A stretch of DNA of 64,000 nt from Candidatus Binatia bacterium (lineage in GTDB: Bacteria; Desulfobacterota; Binatia; Bin18), in assembly GCA_963666315.2 (NCBI GenBank), contig CAXXHG010000024.1:1-64000 (forward strand). The letters are read 5' to 3'. The first letter of the stretch is position 1, and each line of letters begins with the position of its first letter. Shown here one piece after another: positions 1 through 9,790 of the stretch. A program made the translations under genes and the position numbers. The notes below the pieces were generated by a model. That model was not told where the DNA came from. It did not search any database and saw only the letters and a program-made list of their open reading frames with translations.

Positions 1-390
1 GTGCTCCCTCGGATTCCCATTCCTCGAAGAGAAAGAAGGTATGCTCGGCGGTTGCGGCTGTATGGAATGATAGCTGATGCAGCCGGCCTCTTTGACCGAC
101 GCTGCGACCATTTTGCGACCAAGGCTTTCGCGTCATCCCAACGTTCGGTTTTAATGGGGACTGTTCCGGCAATAACGATCTTGTGTACTCCTTTGCGCTG
201 AGAGATTTGTATCAGGCTGGAATCCTGGCAGACTTGGCTACGAAGGACAAGGATCTGTGTCAATAAAAGTCTACAAGGCAATATCTATTTCAAATGTATA
301 TATAGACTATAGTCAGAAACAAATATTCCGAAAATCTTAACGCAACCCGGCGAACAAGGAAATCGCGAGGTTCACCGCAAGCATGAGTGC

Positions 391-426
391 AAACTTCACA
401 ATAAACTTGACAGTAAACTTCACAGC
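391..426 (+). repeat. Three imperfect 12-bp direct repeats (AAACTTc/gACAnn) upstream of a crotonase gene
   Basis: aaacttcacaat / aaacttgacagt / aaacttcacagc read directly, about 55 bp before the ATG at 480. Confidence 0.7.
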
Positions 427-479
427 AGCCTTCCGCCGGGCTACAGTAGGGCAATTTCATAGAGAAGGAGGGGAAAACA

Positions 480-1330
480 ATGTCGGACTTTGAATCTATT
501 TTATATGAAACACCGGGTGAGCATGTGGCCCGGATCGTGTTGAACCGACCCGACACGCGCAATGCCCAAGACACGCGGCTGCTATACGAGCTGAACTCTG
601 CGTTTGATCGGGCGCCCAAGACGACGAGATCAAAGTCATTATCCTGGCAGCTAACGGCCCACATTTTTCCTCCGGACATGATCTGCGTGAGGTCAACGCC
701 GTTGAGACGATGTCGGAATTCGCGACTGTGGGGAGTGGTGCGGCTTTACCTGCGCGGGGGCGGAAAAGCAGATGGCGCGTGAGAAAGAAATCTACGTCGG
801 CTTTTGTGAGCGTTGGCGCAATATTCCCAAGCCGACGATTGCGGCGGTGCAGGGCAAGGTCATTGCCGGCGGGCTGATGCTGATGTGGCCGTGCGATATC
901 ATTATCGCCAGCGACGATGCGCAGTTTTGCGATCCGGTGGTCAACTTCGGCATCGGCGGGGTGGAGTTCTTCGCCCATCCGTGGGAATTCGGGGCGCGTA
1001 AAGCCAAAGAATTGCTCTTCACCTCGGATTGGCTGTCTGTCGAAGAGGCCAAGCAACTCGGCATGGTCAACCAGATCGTGCCGCGCGAGAAACTGCAGGA
1101 ATCCGTGTTAGCCATGGCCCAGAAGATCGCCAAGAAATCACTCTTTGCGCTCAAGCTCACCAAGGAAGCCGTCAACGTTGCCGAGGATGCCCAGGCAGGG
1201 TGCAAGCCATGCAAACGTCTTTTGCACTGCATCAGCTTGCTCATACCCACTGGCTGGAGCAGTACGGCGTATTATTAGATCCGAGCGGCTGCCGCCCGAA
1301 ACTGCCCGGGCGATGGGGGCGAGCTGAAGA
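480..1330 (+). pseudogene. Enoyl-CoA hydratase/crotonase family protein, multiply frameshifted (3' end approximate)
   Basis: RIVLNRPDTRNA in ORF 480..782 and PKPTIAAVQGKVIAGGLMLMWPCDIIIASDDAQF in ORF 772..1278 lie in different frames. Confidence 0.8.
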
Positions 1331-1377
1331 AGAAAGAGACGTAGGATTAGAGCCCCGAAGCAATAAAGGACCAGCCC

Positions 1378-1692
1378 ATGCTTGAATTGAGACCAAGCTG
1401 CGAGCACTGTAGTGTCACGCTGCCCCCACATTCAACCCAGGCCATGATTTGCACCTTCGAGTGTACGTTCTGTCGCGCCTGCGTTGAAGATGTCCTCACT
1501 AACGTGTGCCCCAACTGTGGCGGCGGCTTCTGCGCCAGACCTGTGCGCCCGTCTACTCATTGGAAAAATGAGAATTACCTGGGCAAGCATCCGGCAAGCA
1601 CGACAGTAGAGCACCACCCCGTAGATGTAGACAAACATCGGCAGTTCTCGCACAGCATCAAAGACATTCGCCGGAGCTACGCTGACTCATAA
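1378..1692 (+). CDS. DUF1272 family Cys-rich protein
   Basis: MLELRPSCEHC...AMICTFECTFCRAC...CPNCGGGF..RP signature. Confidence 0.85.
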   Translation: MLELRPSCEHCSVTLPPHSTQAMICTFECTFCRACVEDVLTNVCPNCGGGFCARPVRPSTHWKNENYLGKHPASTTVEHHPVDVDKHRQFSHSIKDIRRSYADS

Positions 1693-1717
1693 AGTTGGGT
1701 AGTTAGGTGGTCGTATC

Positions 1718-1750
1718 GTAGGGTGGGTGGGAGCAAAGCGTCACCCACCG
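1718..1750 (+). repeat. GTAG-type REP-like palindrome
   Basis: gtagggtgggtgggagcaaagcgtcacccacc; near-copy at 2728. Confidence 0.6.
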
Positions 1751-1957
1751 AAAGCGGGTAAGGCGCCCAGGTCGCCCCATATTGGGGGCTCGCACCGAGG
1801 CCCCGCATCTTGACAAGCCGTCTGGATATTTGTTCTGCTGCGGCTGAGAAACTACGTCGCTTGAAGCGCTATTGATGTAGTGGCCCGTTTACGGCGGACT
1901 ATCGTCGACCCGTGAGGGGGCCTGGGTTCGTCGTTTTGCAGAAAAAGGAGTTGACCC

Positions 1958-2748
1958 ATGCTTGTTCCACAGCTTGAGGATTATGCCAAGAAGTATTCGA
2001 ACATCAAATTTAAGCGTGAGGACGGGATCCTGCACACCAATGATTCGGATCTCATCTGGGGTTTCCCGCCGCACGAAGAACTCGGCTACTGCTTTGCCGA
2101 CATCGGGGCGGACCCAGAGAACAAGGTGATCATCCTGACCGGATCGGGCGACACGTTTATCCACAAGGAAGATCTTGGCAGCGGGGATAAGATCGAGCCT
2201 CGGGTGTGGGGTGAGAAGGTTCTGTACGACGCCAAACGTTTGCTCATGAATCTGCTCGAGATCCAAGCGCGATGATTGCGGCCGTCAACGGTCCGGCATC
2301 GGTGCACGCCGAACTTGCCTTGCTGTGTGACATCGTCCTGGCCGCTGAGCATACGACCTTCCAGGATGCGCCCCATTTCCCCAGCGGCTTGGTCCCCGGC
2401 GACGGGGTGCACATCGTCTGGCCGATGTTGCTCGGACTCAACCGCGGCCGCTATTTTCTCATGACGGGCCAGATACTCTCGGCCCGTGAGGCACTCGACC
2501 TAGGCGTCGTCAACGAGGTGCTGACACGCGAGGAACTCGTGCCGCGCGCCTGGACACTCGCGCGCCAAATCCTTGAGCGGCCGCCCCTGACGGTCCGGCT
2601 GACGCGTGACGCCATGCTGCAACAGGTCAAACGCGCGATGCTTGACTTTCTGCCGTATGGCTTGGCCCTCGAAGGGCTGGCGGCCGTTGACTACTGGCCA
2701 ACGAGTTTAAAAAGAAAGACTAGTATCGTAGAGTGGGTGGGAGCGTAG
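1958..2748 (+). pseudogene. Crotonase-superfamily 6-oxocamphor hydrolase (beta-diketone hydrolase)-like protein, frameshifted near 2270
   Basis: ORFs 1958..2275 and 2272..2748 join into one crotonase; [33 protein letters not shown] resembles the 6-oxocamphor hydrolase His/Asp region. Confidence 0.75.
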
Positions 2749-2793
2749 CGTCAGCCACCGAATAGCTGGTGGGTCTGGGAGGACCCACCCTAC
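2728..2793. repeat. Paired inverted GTAG-REP-like elements between convergent genes
   Basis: gtagagtgggtgggagcgtagcgtcagccacc...ggtgggtctgggaggacccaccctac. Confidence 0.6.
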
Positions 2794-2800
2794 TACTGCT

Positions 2801-3829
2801 TTAGAAGTCTGTCTTCCAGCCTCCCTGCGGCTGTATCTTCTTGGCCGCAGGAATAACGCTTTCACTAAACGCTGCATCTGGTCTTCCAGCTCCGATAACT
2901 CGCCGGACGGACAATCAAAGAAACATACGACTAACGAATAGCCCTCATCCGCAAAGCCTTGGAGGTCTTCGAGGATTTGTTCCGTTGTGCCGGTACAGAT
3001 ACGACGTGGATGCGCTTGGCTGAGTGGATCATCGGCTGCCGTTATGCGGGCGGAACAGACGCCCATCATGATAAACTCGTCATGCGGTCGTCCGATTCCG
3101 TCCAGCTCGGTGCGAATCACAGCTTGTTCTTTTACATAACGATCCGGCCGCGCAAACGGATCGAGAAAATGGGATAAAAGCCGTCACACAATTTTGCCGC
3201 ACGCCGCGCGCCGCCTGTGGTCACGCCGCCATAGATAATAGGCGGGCGTGGCCGTTGCGCCGGCTTGGGGTCCATGGAGAGTGCATCGAATCGATAGAAC
3301 TGGCCGTGGTAGCTGACTTCAGCGTCAGTCCACGAGTGTTTGTATATCTCAATGCACTCGTTCGTCCGCGCCCCGCGTTCGGTATACGGTATGCCTAGCG
3401 CTGTAAACTCCTCTTCCATCCAGCCCGCGCCGACGCCGAATAGCAGCCGTCCATTCGAGAGCTGATCTATGGTCGCAAATTGGCGCGCGTCGCTGAGGGG
3501 GTTGCGGTACGGCGCGATCAATACACTCGTGCCGAGTTTGAGCCGGCTCGTCACGTGGGCCACTGCGCCCATAACGACGGCTGCATCGAACATGGTATGT
3601 CTGGACTCGTAGGCTCTCCCGCCGGAAGCATTGGCCACATGCGCGCTTTCAGAGGCCATGGGCATACACACATGGTCCGGATACCACATGGAGTGAAATC
3701 CCAGCCGTTCGGCGAGCTGGGCCGTCTGTACCGGACGGAGCTGTTCCGCCGCTAAGGAGCGGGCAAGAAAAATTCTCTTGTATCCCGGTAGCCGATGCCG
3801 TGTGTTGTGGCGTAGAGTCCGATTTCCAT
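2801..3829 (-). pseudogene. LLM-class (F420-dependent-type) oxidoreductase, frameshifted
   Basis: MEIGLYATTH start at 3829; WYPDH, LKLGTSVLIAPYRNP, GRLLFGVGAGW, PKPAQRPRPPI motifs split over several frames. Confidence 0.8.
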
Positions 3830-3973
3830 AACGTGCCTTTCGTCTCCTGCAGTGTTGTTGGCTCCTCCTCGTAGCATATTGCCTGGTGTTGTGGTCAAGA
3901 GGAAATATCTTGCTATGAGAAAAGCGGACAAGCTGATAGAAGGTTGAGCGTAAACCACCCAGGAGGGCTGTGT

Positions 3974-4219
3974 ATGGGTATTATCTCATGGATAGTTTTA
4001 GGGCTGATTGTCGGCGTCGTGGCAAAATTGATTATGCCAGGCAGGGATCCAGGCGGGATAGTGATAACGATAGTCTTAGGCATTGCCGGAGCGCTGCTCG
4101 GCGGTTTTTTCAGCTCGGCACTCGGACTTGGCAGTGTGTCCGGATTTAATTTGTGGAGCTTGGCCATTGCGGTCGGCGGCGCGCTGTTACTCCTCATCGG
4201 CTACCGGCGGCTACGCTGA
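3974..4219 (+). CDS. GlsB/YeaQ/YmgE family transglycosylase-associated membrane protein
   Basis: MGIISWIVLGLIVGVVAKLIMPGRDPGG..TIVLGIAGALLGG signature; RBS aggagg. Confidence 0.9.
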   Translation: MGIISWIVLGLIVGVVAKLIMPGRDPGGIVITIVLGIAGALLGGFFSSALGLGSVSGFNLWSLAIAVGGALLLLIGYRRLR

Positions 4220-4265
4220 GCGTAGCGCATAGCGGATAAATAGGGGCACGTCGTACCCTCCACGT

Positions 4266-4502
4266 TTAAGCGGCCTGTTTTTCCAACGCGGCTTGGACCT
4301 GGTCGTTTTCTGGAAATGCGCCGGTTTCCAGCTTTGAATAGATTTTCGTCCCATCAACGATGACCTCGAAGCGGCCGTCATCGTAGGGCACGAGGGTCAG
4401 ATTTTGAATGCGCTGTTTGTAATGGCTGAGCAAATAGCCCGTCAGACTGACGGCTTCTGGCTCATAGCTTCACGCCGCGCAGTATTCTATCCGAATATCC
4501 AT
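4266..4502 (-). CDS. SelW/SelT/SelH (Rdx) family selenoprotein, CxxU motif, 78 aa
   Basis: Manual translation MDIRIEYCAA(UGA)SYEPEAVSL...DGRFEVIVDGTKIYSKLETGAFP; UGA at 4470-4472 sits at the redox position; hairpin CCGTCAGTCTGACGG 16 nt downstream; RBS aagggag. Confidence 0.9.
4439..4453 (-). promoter_or_regulatory. Putative bacterial SECIS hairpin
   Basis: CCGTCA-GTC-TGACGG stem-loop with G in the apical loop just 3' of the in-frame UGA. Confidence 0.75.
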
Positions 4503-4711
4503 ACTCACTCCCTTAAATCAATGCCGGTACTCATTCGCTTCTGGTTAGGATCGGGCCTCTTTCTTTTATCATTACCACAGCCCGGGGCCATGCTCAACGA
4601 AAGGCCTACGAAAGGGTAACAAGAAAGAAATATCCTTTGCTTTCCTGAGACACGTAGTTTATGCTCCGGCCAAAGAACGATGCATCAACCAGATCAAACC
4701 GAGGAGGGTGT

Positions 4712-6019
4712 ATGGATTGGCGTGATCAGTGTGGACAGAAACTTGTCTCTGCCCAGGAGGCCGTAAACATCGTGCAGAATGGCGACTCGGTGCAATTCAA
4801 CTGGCTGCATGCCACTCCGCTTACCTTATGTGAAGCGCTGATGGCGCGCAGGGAAGAGCTGCGCGACGTGAAGGTGGGTACGATAGGTCCGCTATTCGAC
4901 TGGGATCAGCCCGGCGCGGATCAAGCGTTTACCATCCAAACCCCGTATCTTGGCGTGACGACCCGGCCGCTGATGGACAAGGGCAATGTCGACTTTATCC
5001 CGGTTATGTACTACCGGCATGGCGAACTGCCGCCCGGCATCATTAGCGACGTGTATATGACGCCCGTGTCGGCACCCGACAAACACGGATACTGCAGTTT
5101 CGGCCATGGATTATTCATGTCCAAAACGATGGCTGCCGCAGCGCGGACGGTTGTCGCCGAGGTGCATGACGACTTTATTCGGACCGGAGGAGAAAATTAT
5201 ATCCATGTATCCGAGATCGATTATTTCGTAGAACCGACGACGCCGCTTGCAGTGCTGCCGGCCACGCAGCGCAGTGAAGAAGAAGTGGCCGTGACCGAGG
5301 TGATTTGTACCCTCATTGCGACTGAATTAATCCATGACGGCGATACCGTCCAAATCGGCCTGGGCAGTGTCTCTTCTCCGATCGGTATGTATCTCGGGAA
5401 TAAGAATGACCTGGGCATACACACCGAAGTGATTCCGGCCGGCATTGCACGCTTGGTGAAGGAAGGCGTGATCACCGGCAAGTATAAAACAGTCAATCCG
5501 GGCAAGGTGGTGGCCAGCGCCGGCATCGGCCTCTTTCCGGATGAATTGGACATCATCGATGGCAACCCAAACTTTGAGTTTTATGATTTCACTTACACCG
5601 ACGATTTGCGCATCCTGATCAACCAGAAAAATTATGTGGCCATCAATAACGCGCTGGCGGTTGATCTAGGCGGGCAGGCCTGCTCCGAGTCTTTCGGCCC
5701 GTTTATGTACACCGGTACCGGCGGCCAAACTATTTTTACGATTACGGCCGCCTACTGTAATCCTGGCCGGTCTATCATCGTGACGCCGTCGAGTGCCATG
5801 GTGAAAGGCCGGCATATCTCCCGCATCGTTCCCACGCTTGAGCCCGGCAGTGTGGTGACGGCCCAGCGGGCCTTTGTTGATTACGTGGTGACCGAGTACG
5901 GTATCGCCGAGCTGAGAGGCAAGTCGCTCAAACAACGCGCGGCAACCCTGATCGAAGTCGCCCACCCCGATTTTCAGGCCGATCTGAGAAGAGAGGCGAA
6001 GCGCATTTATCATATATAG
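4712..6019 (+). CDS. Acetyl-CoA hydrolase/4-hydroxybutyrate CoA-transferase family protein
   Basis: DGDTVQIGLG, DLGIHTE, INNALAVDLGGQ, GTGGQ, DYVVTEYGIAELRGKSL motifs; ggagg RBS before ATG 4712. Confidence 0.9.
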   Translation: MDWRDQCGQKLVSAQEAVNIVQNGDSVQFNWLHATPLTLCEALMARREELRDVKVGTIGPLFDWDQPGADQAFTIQTPYLGVTTRPLMDKGNVDFIPVMYYRHGELPPGIISDVYMTPVSAPDKHGYCSFGHGLFMSKTMAAAARTVVAEVHDDFIRTGGENYIHVSEIDYFVEPTTPLAVLPATQRSEEEVAVTEVICTLIATELIHDGDTVQIGLGSVSSPIGMYLGNKNDLGIHTEVIPAGIARLVKEGVITGKYKTVNPGKVVASAGIGLFPDELDIIDGNPNFEFYDFTYTDDLRILINQKNYVAINNALAVDLGGQACSESFGPFMYTGTGGQTIFTITAAYCNPGRSIIVTPSSAMVKGRHISRIVPTLEPGSVVTAQRAFVDYVVTEYGIAELRGKSLKQRAATLIEVAHPDFQADLRREAKRIYHI

Positions 6020-6050
6020 ATTGCACATATAGACCCTGAAAGGCGACCTC

Positions 6051-8135
6051 GTGTCGCATACACTAATGTCGCACAAATTCACCAATCGCCTGGCCCAAGA
6101 AACGAGCCCGTATCTGCTCCAACATGCCCACAACCCGGTGGACTGGTTCCCGTGGGGTGAAGAGGCATTTGCTAAGGCAAAAAAAGAGGACAAACCCATT
6201 CTGCTGAGTGTGGGTTATTCTGCCTGCCACTGGTGTCATGTGATGGAGCATGAGTCGTTTGAAAATGAAAAGATCGCGGGACTCATGAATCAACTGGTCG
6301 TCAGCATTAAGGTCGATCGCGAAGAACGTCCTGACGTTGACGAAATCTATATGAGCGCGGTGCAGGTACTCACCGGCCGCGGGGGCTGGCCGATGACGGT
6401 CTTTCTGACACCCGAAGGAAAACCGTTTTATGGTGGGACGTATTTCCCGCCAGTAGATCGACACAATATCCCGGCATTCCCCCGTGTCCTGGCCGGCATA
6501 GCCCAAGCCTACCGCGAGAAACCGGCGGATGTAGAAAAGTCCACAACCGAGATTCTGGGCAATATGGAAAAACTGGCCCACAGCCAGCAGACGACACAGA
6601 CGCTGGATCTGTCGGCTCTCGAAAAAGCTGCACAGAATCTGAGCCAGCCGTATGACGAGACATATGGTGGTATCGGGCAGGCTCCCAAGTTTCCGAATTC
6701 TATGGTTTTCTCGTTGTTTTTGCGCCAAGCGCAGGCGAGCGGTAATCGATCGTATCTGGATATGACCGTCTTTACGCTGCGCAAGATGGCCCAAGGCGGC
6801 ATGTATGATCATCTGGGTGGCGGCTTTCATCGCTACTCCGTTGATGAACGCTGGTTAGTCCCTCATTTTGAAAAGATGCTGTACGACAACGCGCTGCTGA
6901 CGCGGCTGTATCTTGAAGGCTACCAGGCCAGCGGGGATATATTTTTCCGGCAGGTAGCTGAAGAGATACTCTGCTATGTCGAGCGTGAGATGCTGCATCC
7001 GGACGGGGGCTTCTACTCGACTCAAGACGCAGACTCGGAAGGGGTCGAGGGCAAGTTTTTCGTCTGGGAGCAAGACGAAGTCATGCAGCTGCTGGGTGAA
7101 GAAGTGGGCGAAATCTTTTGCCGCTATTACGATGTGACCGATGTCGGCAATTTCGAGCACAAGAACATTCTCCACCCGACGCTCGACATGGAGCAGTTGG
7201 CCAAGTTGTTCCGGCGCGACGTGAATGAGGTGACTCAGCTGATAGCGGCAGCCAAGCACACGCTCTTCCGTATCCGAGAAAAGCGGGTAAAGCCCGGCCG
7301 GGATGAGAAAATCCTCACCGGCTGGAATGGCTTGATGATTTCAGCCTACGCCGAGGCGTATAAGGTCCTGGGCAATCCGCGCTACCTCGAAATTGCCCGT
7401 CAGAGCATCGATTTTATCCTCACCCATCTGAGTCGGGAGGGTCGTTTACTGCGCAGCTATAAAGACGACCAGGCCAAGTTCAACGCGTATCTCGACGACT
7501 ATGCGTGTTTCTCAGCAGCACTACTGGATGTATATGAAGCGACATTTGAACAACAGTATCTTGATCGCGCCATAGCGTTTAGCGAGGTGTTACTGTCCCG
7601 GTTTTGGGATGCGCAAGAGGGCGGATTCTTTTTTACCAGCACGGATCACGAGACATTGATTAGCCGTTCAAAGTCTGCGTCCGATGGGTCTATACCCTCC
7701 GGTAATTCCGTGGCCGCGCAGGTGCTCCTGCGGCTGTTTTATCTGACTGAAAATCAGGACTACCTGACTAAGGCCGAAGCAGTCTTGCGTTTGTTCTACG
7801 ACGGCATGCAGCAGAATCCGTTTGGATTCAGCAATATGCTGTGCGCCCTGGATTTTTATCTGCGTCGACCCCAGGAAATTGTTTTGCTTGGAGAGTCGAC
7901 TGCCCCTGATACGCAAATATTACTACGCCGGGTTCATGGCTTATTTATTCCGAATAAGACGCTGGCCTGTTGTGATCCTGCTGATCCACCACAACGCGGT
8001 ATGCCGTCTGTCCTGAATGGCAAAACACAGCTTGACGGCAAGCTCACTGCCTACGTCTGTCACAATTTCAGATGCTCGCTACCCGTCACAACCTGGGAAG
8101 AAATGCAGCCGCTTATTAGCGCTTCAACACACTAA
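6051..8135 (+). CDS. Thioredoxin-domain protein, YyaL/SPATA20 (DUF255) family
   Basis: [50 protein letters not shown]; start may be ATG 6066. Confidence 0.95.
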   Translation: MSHTLMSHKFTNRLAQETSPYLLQHAHNPVDWFPWGEEAFAKAKKEDKPILLSVGYSACHWCHVMEHESFENEKIAGLMNQLVVSIKVDREERPDVDEIYMSAVQVLTGRGGWPMTVFLTPEGKPFYGGTYFPPVDRHNIPAFPRVLAGIAQAYREKPADVEKSTTEILGNMEKLAHSQQTTQTLDLSALEKAAQNLSQPYDETYGGIGQAPKFPNSMVFSLFLRQAQASGNRSYLDMTVFTLRKMAQGGMYDHLGGGFHRYSVDERWLVPHFEKMLYDNALLTRLYLEGYQASGDIFFRQVAEEILCYVEREMLHPDGGFYSTQDADSEGVEGKFFVWEQDEVMQLLGEEVGEIFCRYYDVTDVGNFEHKNILHPTLDMEQLAKLFRRDVNEVTQLIAAAKHTLFRIREKRVKPGRDEKILTGWNGLMISAYAEAYKVLGNPRYLEIARQSIDFILTHLSREGRLLRSYKDDQAKFNAYLDDYACFSAALLDVYEATFEQQYLDRAIAFSEVLLSRFWDAQEGGFFFTSTDHETLISRSKSASDGSIPSGNSVAAQVLLRLFYLTENQDYLTKAEAVLRLFYDGMQQNPFGFSNMLCALDFYLRRPQEIVLLGESTAPDTQILLRRVHGLFIPNKTLACCDPADPPQRGMPSVLNGKTQLDGKLTAYVCHNFRCSLPVTTWEEMQPLISASTH

Positions 8136-8152
8136 GGGAAAAGGAGAAGGTC

Positions 8153-8773
8153 ATGCGAATTATGAGCGGGCTACTACAGGTTGTCTTTTTCTTAGTGGTC
8201 GTGTCAGCTGCTTTACTGGTCGCCGGGCTTATAGCCAATAAGTTGCCGTGGACGGATCCACCCGGACTGGGCACGCGGCTGCTGACGTATCTCTCGACAA
8301 ATATCGCTGAGACAGCCGTGGACTCACCTTTCCCAGAACTCAAGCCGCGGGCGTATGCTGCGCCTGCTGCGTTCATGTTTGACGTGGCGCGAAGAGCGGC
8401 GAAGGCACTGAAGTGGGAACTGACTAACATCGATGCAGACGCAAAAAAAATAGAAGCGGTTGTCACCACGCGGGTGATCGGATTCAAAGACGACGTGACA
8501 ATCCGGGTCGAAGCAACCGGCGAGGAAAGCAGCACGCTCTTCGTGCGTTCAGCCTCGCGGGTTGGCAAGGGTGATTTAGGTGCCAATACCCGGCATGTCA
8601 TGAATCTCATAGAAACCGTGAATGTGCTCGCCCCCGTAACGGCCACGATAGTTGAAGGAGCCGGAGTACAAGACTCTGCAGTTGGGTCGGCCGAATCTGA
8701 ACAAGCCGCCGCATCCGCTGTCGCAGCTAACGCGGATGTAAGCGCATCGACTCCTGAGCCTGACAGCCCGTAG
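8153..8773 (+). CDS. DUF1499 domain membrane-anchored protein
   Basis: IEAVVTT..IGFKDDVTIRV..VRSASRVGKGDLGANTRH signature, N-terminal TM. Confidence 0.85.
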   Translation: MRIMSGLLQVVFFLVVVSAALLVAGLIANKLPWTDPPGLGTRLLTYLSTNIAETAVDSPFPELKPRAYAAPAAFMFDVARRAAKALKWELTNIDADAKKIEAVVTTRVIGFKDDVTIRVEATGEESSTLFVRSASRVGKGDLGANTRHVMNLIETVNVLAPVTATIVEGAGVQDSAVGSAESEQAAASAVAANADVSASTPEPDSP

Positions 8774-8838
8774 ACGACGCCACGTCATACGTCATCGTAT
8801 GGGTCTCTGGTGACGGTTCCTTTTTTGTTTTCGGCATT

Positions 8839-9117
8839 ATGAGCAAGCATCCGCGTGTTGAAATCGTTTACTGTACCAAGTGCCGTTGGCTTCTCCGAGC
8901 GGGCTGGATGGCCCAAGAGCTCTTGACTACTTTTCCGACTGAACTTGCTGAAGTGGCCTTAGTGCCTGGAGCCAGCGGTATTTTTGAGGTGTCTGTGGAT
9001 GATACCCTGGTCTGGTCACGACAGGCCGCAGGCCGCTTTCCCGAACTCAAGGAGTTGAAGCAACTCGTGCGGGATGTGATTGCGCCAGATAAGAGCCTCG
9101 GGCATTCGGACAGTTAG
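8839..9117 (+). CDS. SelT/SelW/SelH (Rdx) family protein, Cys form (CxxC)
   Basis: IVYCTKCRWLLRAGWMAQELLTTF...GIFEV...GRFPELKELKQLVRD..PDKSLGHSD. Confidence 0.92.
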   Translation: MSKHPRVEIVYCTKCRWLLRAGWMAQELLTTFPTELAEVALVPGASGIFEVSVDDTLVWSRQAAGRFPELKELKQLVRDVIAPDKSLGHSDS

Positions 9118-9738
9118 AGTTGGTACAGAATATTATGTAAGCGCCGGCTCGGCAACGTCTTCAGCTTCGGCGACTTGCAGGGCTTGAAAGAGGGGCGCCA
9201 GCTCGTCGGGCAAGGCTTCCACGAAGTGGCAATGTATATACGTGCAAGTCTCTAGCTCGCACACATCTTGTATCACGCTGAGTACGCTGAGCTCTCTGGA
9301 ATCTCGCGCTACGTGTCATTTCACCTTCTACCCGTGTGAATTCAAACGCACAACGACCATTAGGCTGCCTAAGGAAGTGGGCAGACACTACAACTTCATG
9401 CCGTTTAACTCGAAATCCCACATAGCTCTTCAATCATAAAAAGTCTCCGAACCGTAGCACCTTTCATGACAAACCTTCAAGTCTCGTATCAAAGGAGTTA
9501 GGCCGCAGCCTCTCGCAGCCAAACTCCTGCGCCATCGTCCAGTTATAACGTCCGCGCTAAAGCCGATCGATTGGACTGGGAACGGCTCTGCCCCCTCGAT
9601 TCAGGATATGTGTACAGATTAGATCATCGTTGTGCTGACATCGCGATGACCTGGAAATTCCCTGTCCGGAGCCTTTCGACTCCGCTCAAGACAGGCTTGC
9701 CAAAGGACTCGGGAGGAATGGCAAGGCACAAACAAAAA

Positions 9739-9763
9739 GGGCGCACCACAGTGCGCCCTCTAC
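9739..9763 (-). repeat. GTAG-type REP-like palindrome
   Basis: Reverse strand gtagagggcgcactgtggtgcgccc. Confidence 0.6.
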
Positions 9764-9790
9764 ATGTTCTCGAAGAGCTAAAAGAAGACT

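Noticed and set aside
1-201. 66-aa ORF at the window edge
   Set aside because: No recognisable motif or RBS
4404-4619. Plus-strand 71-aa ORF
   Set aside because: Antisense shadow of the Rdx selenoprotein
9135-9435. Possible decayed regulator gene on the minus strand
   Set aside because: Only a short stop-bounded fragment; family not assignable by eye
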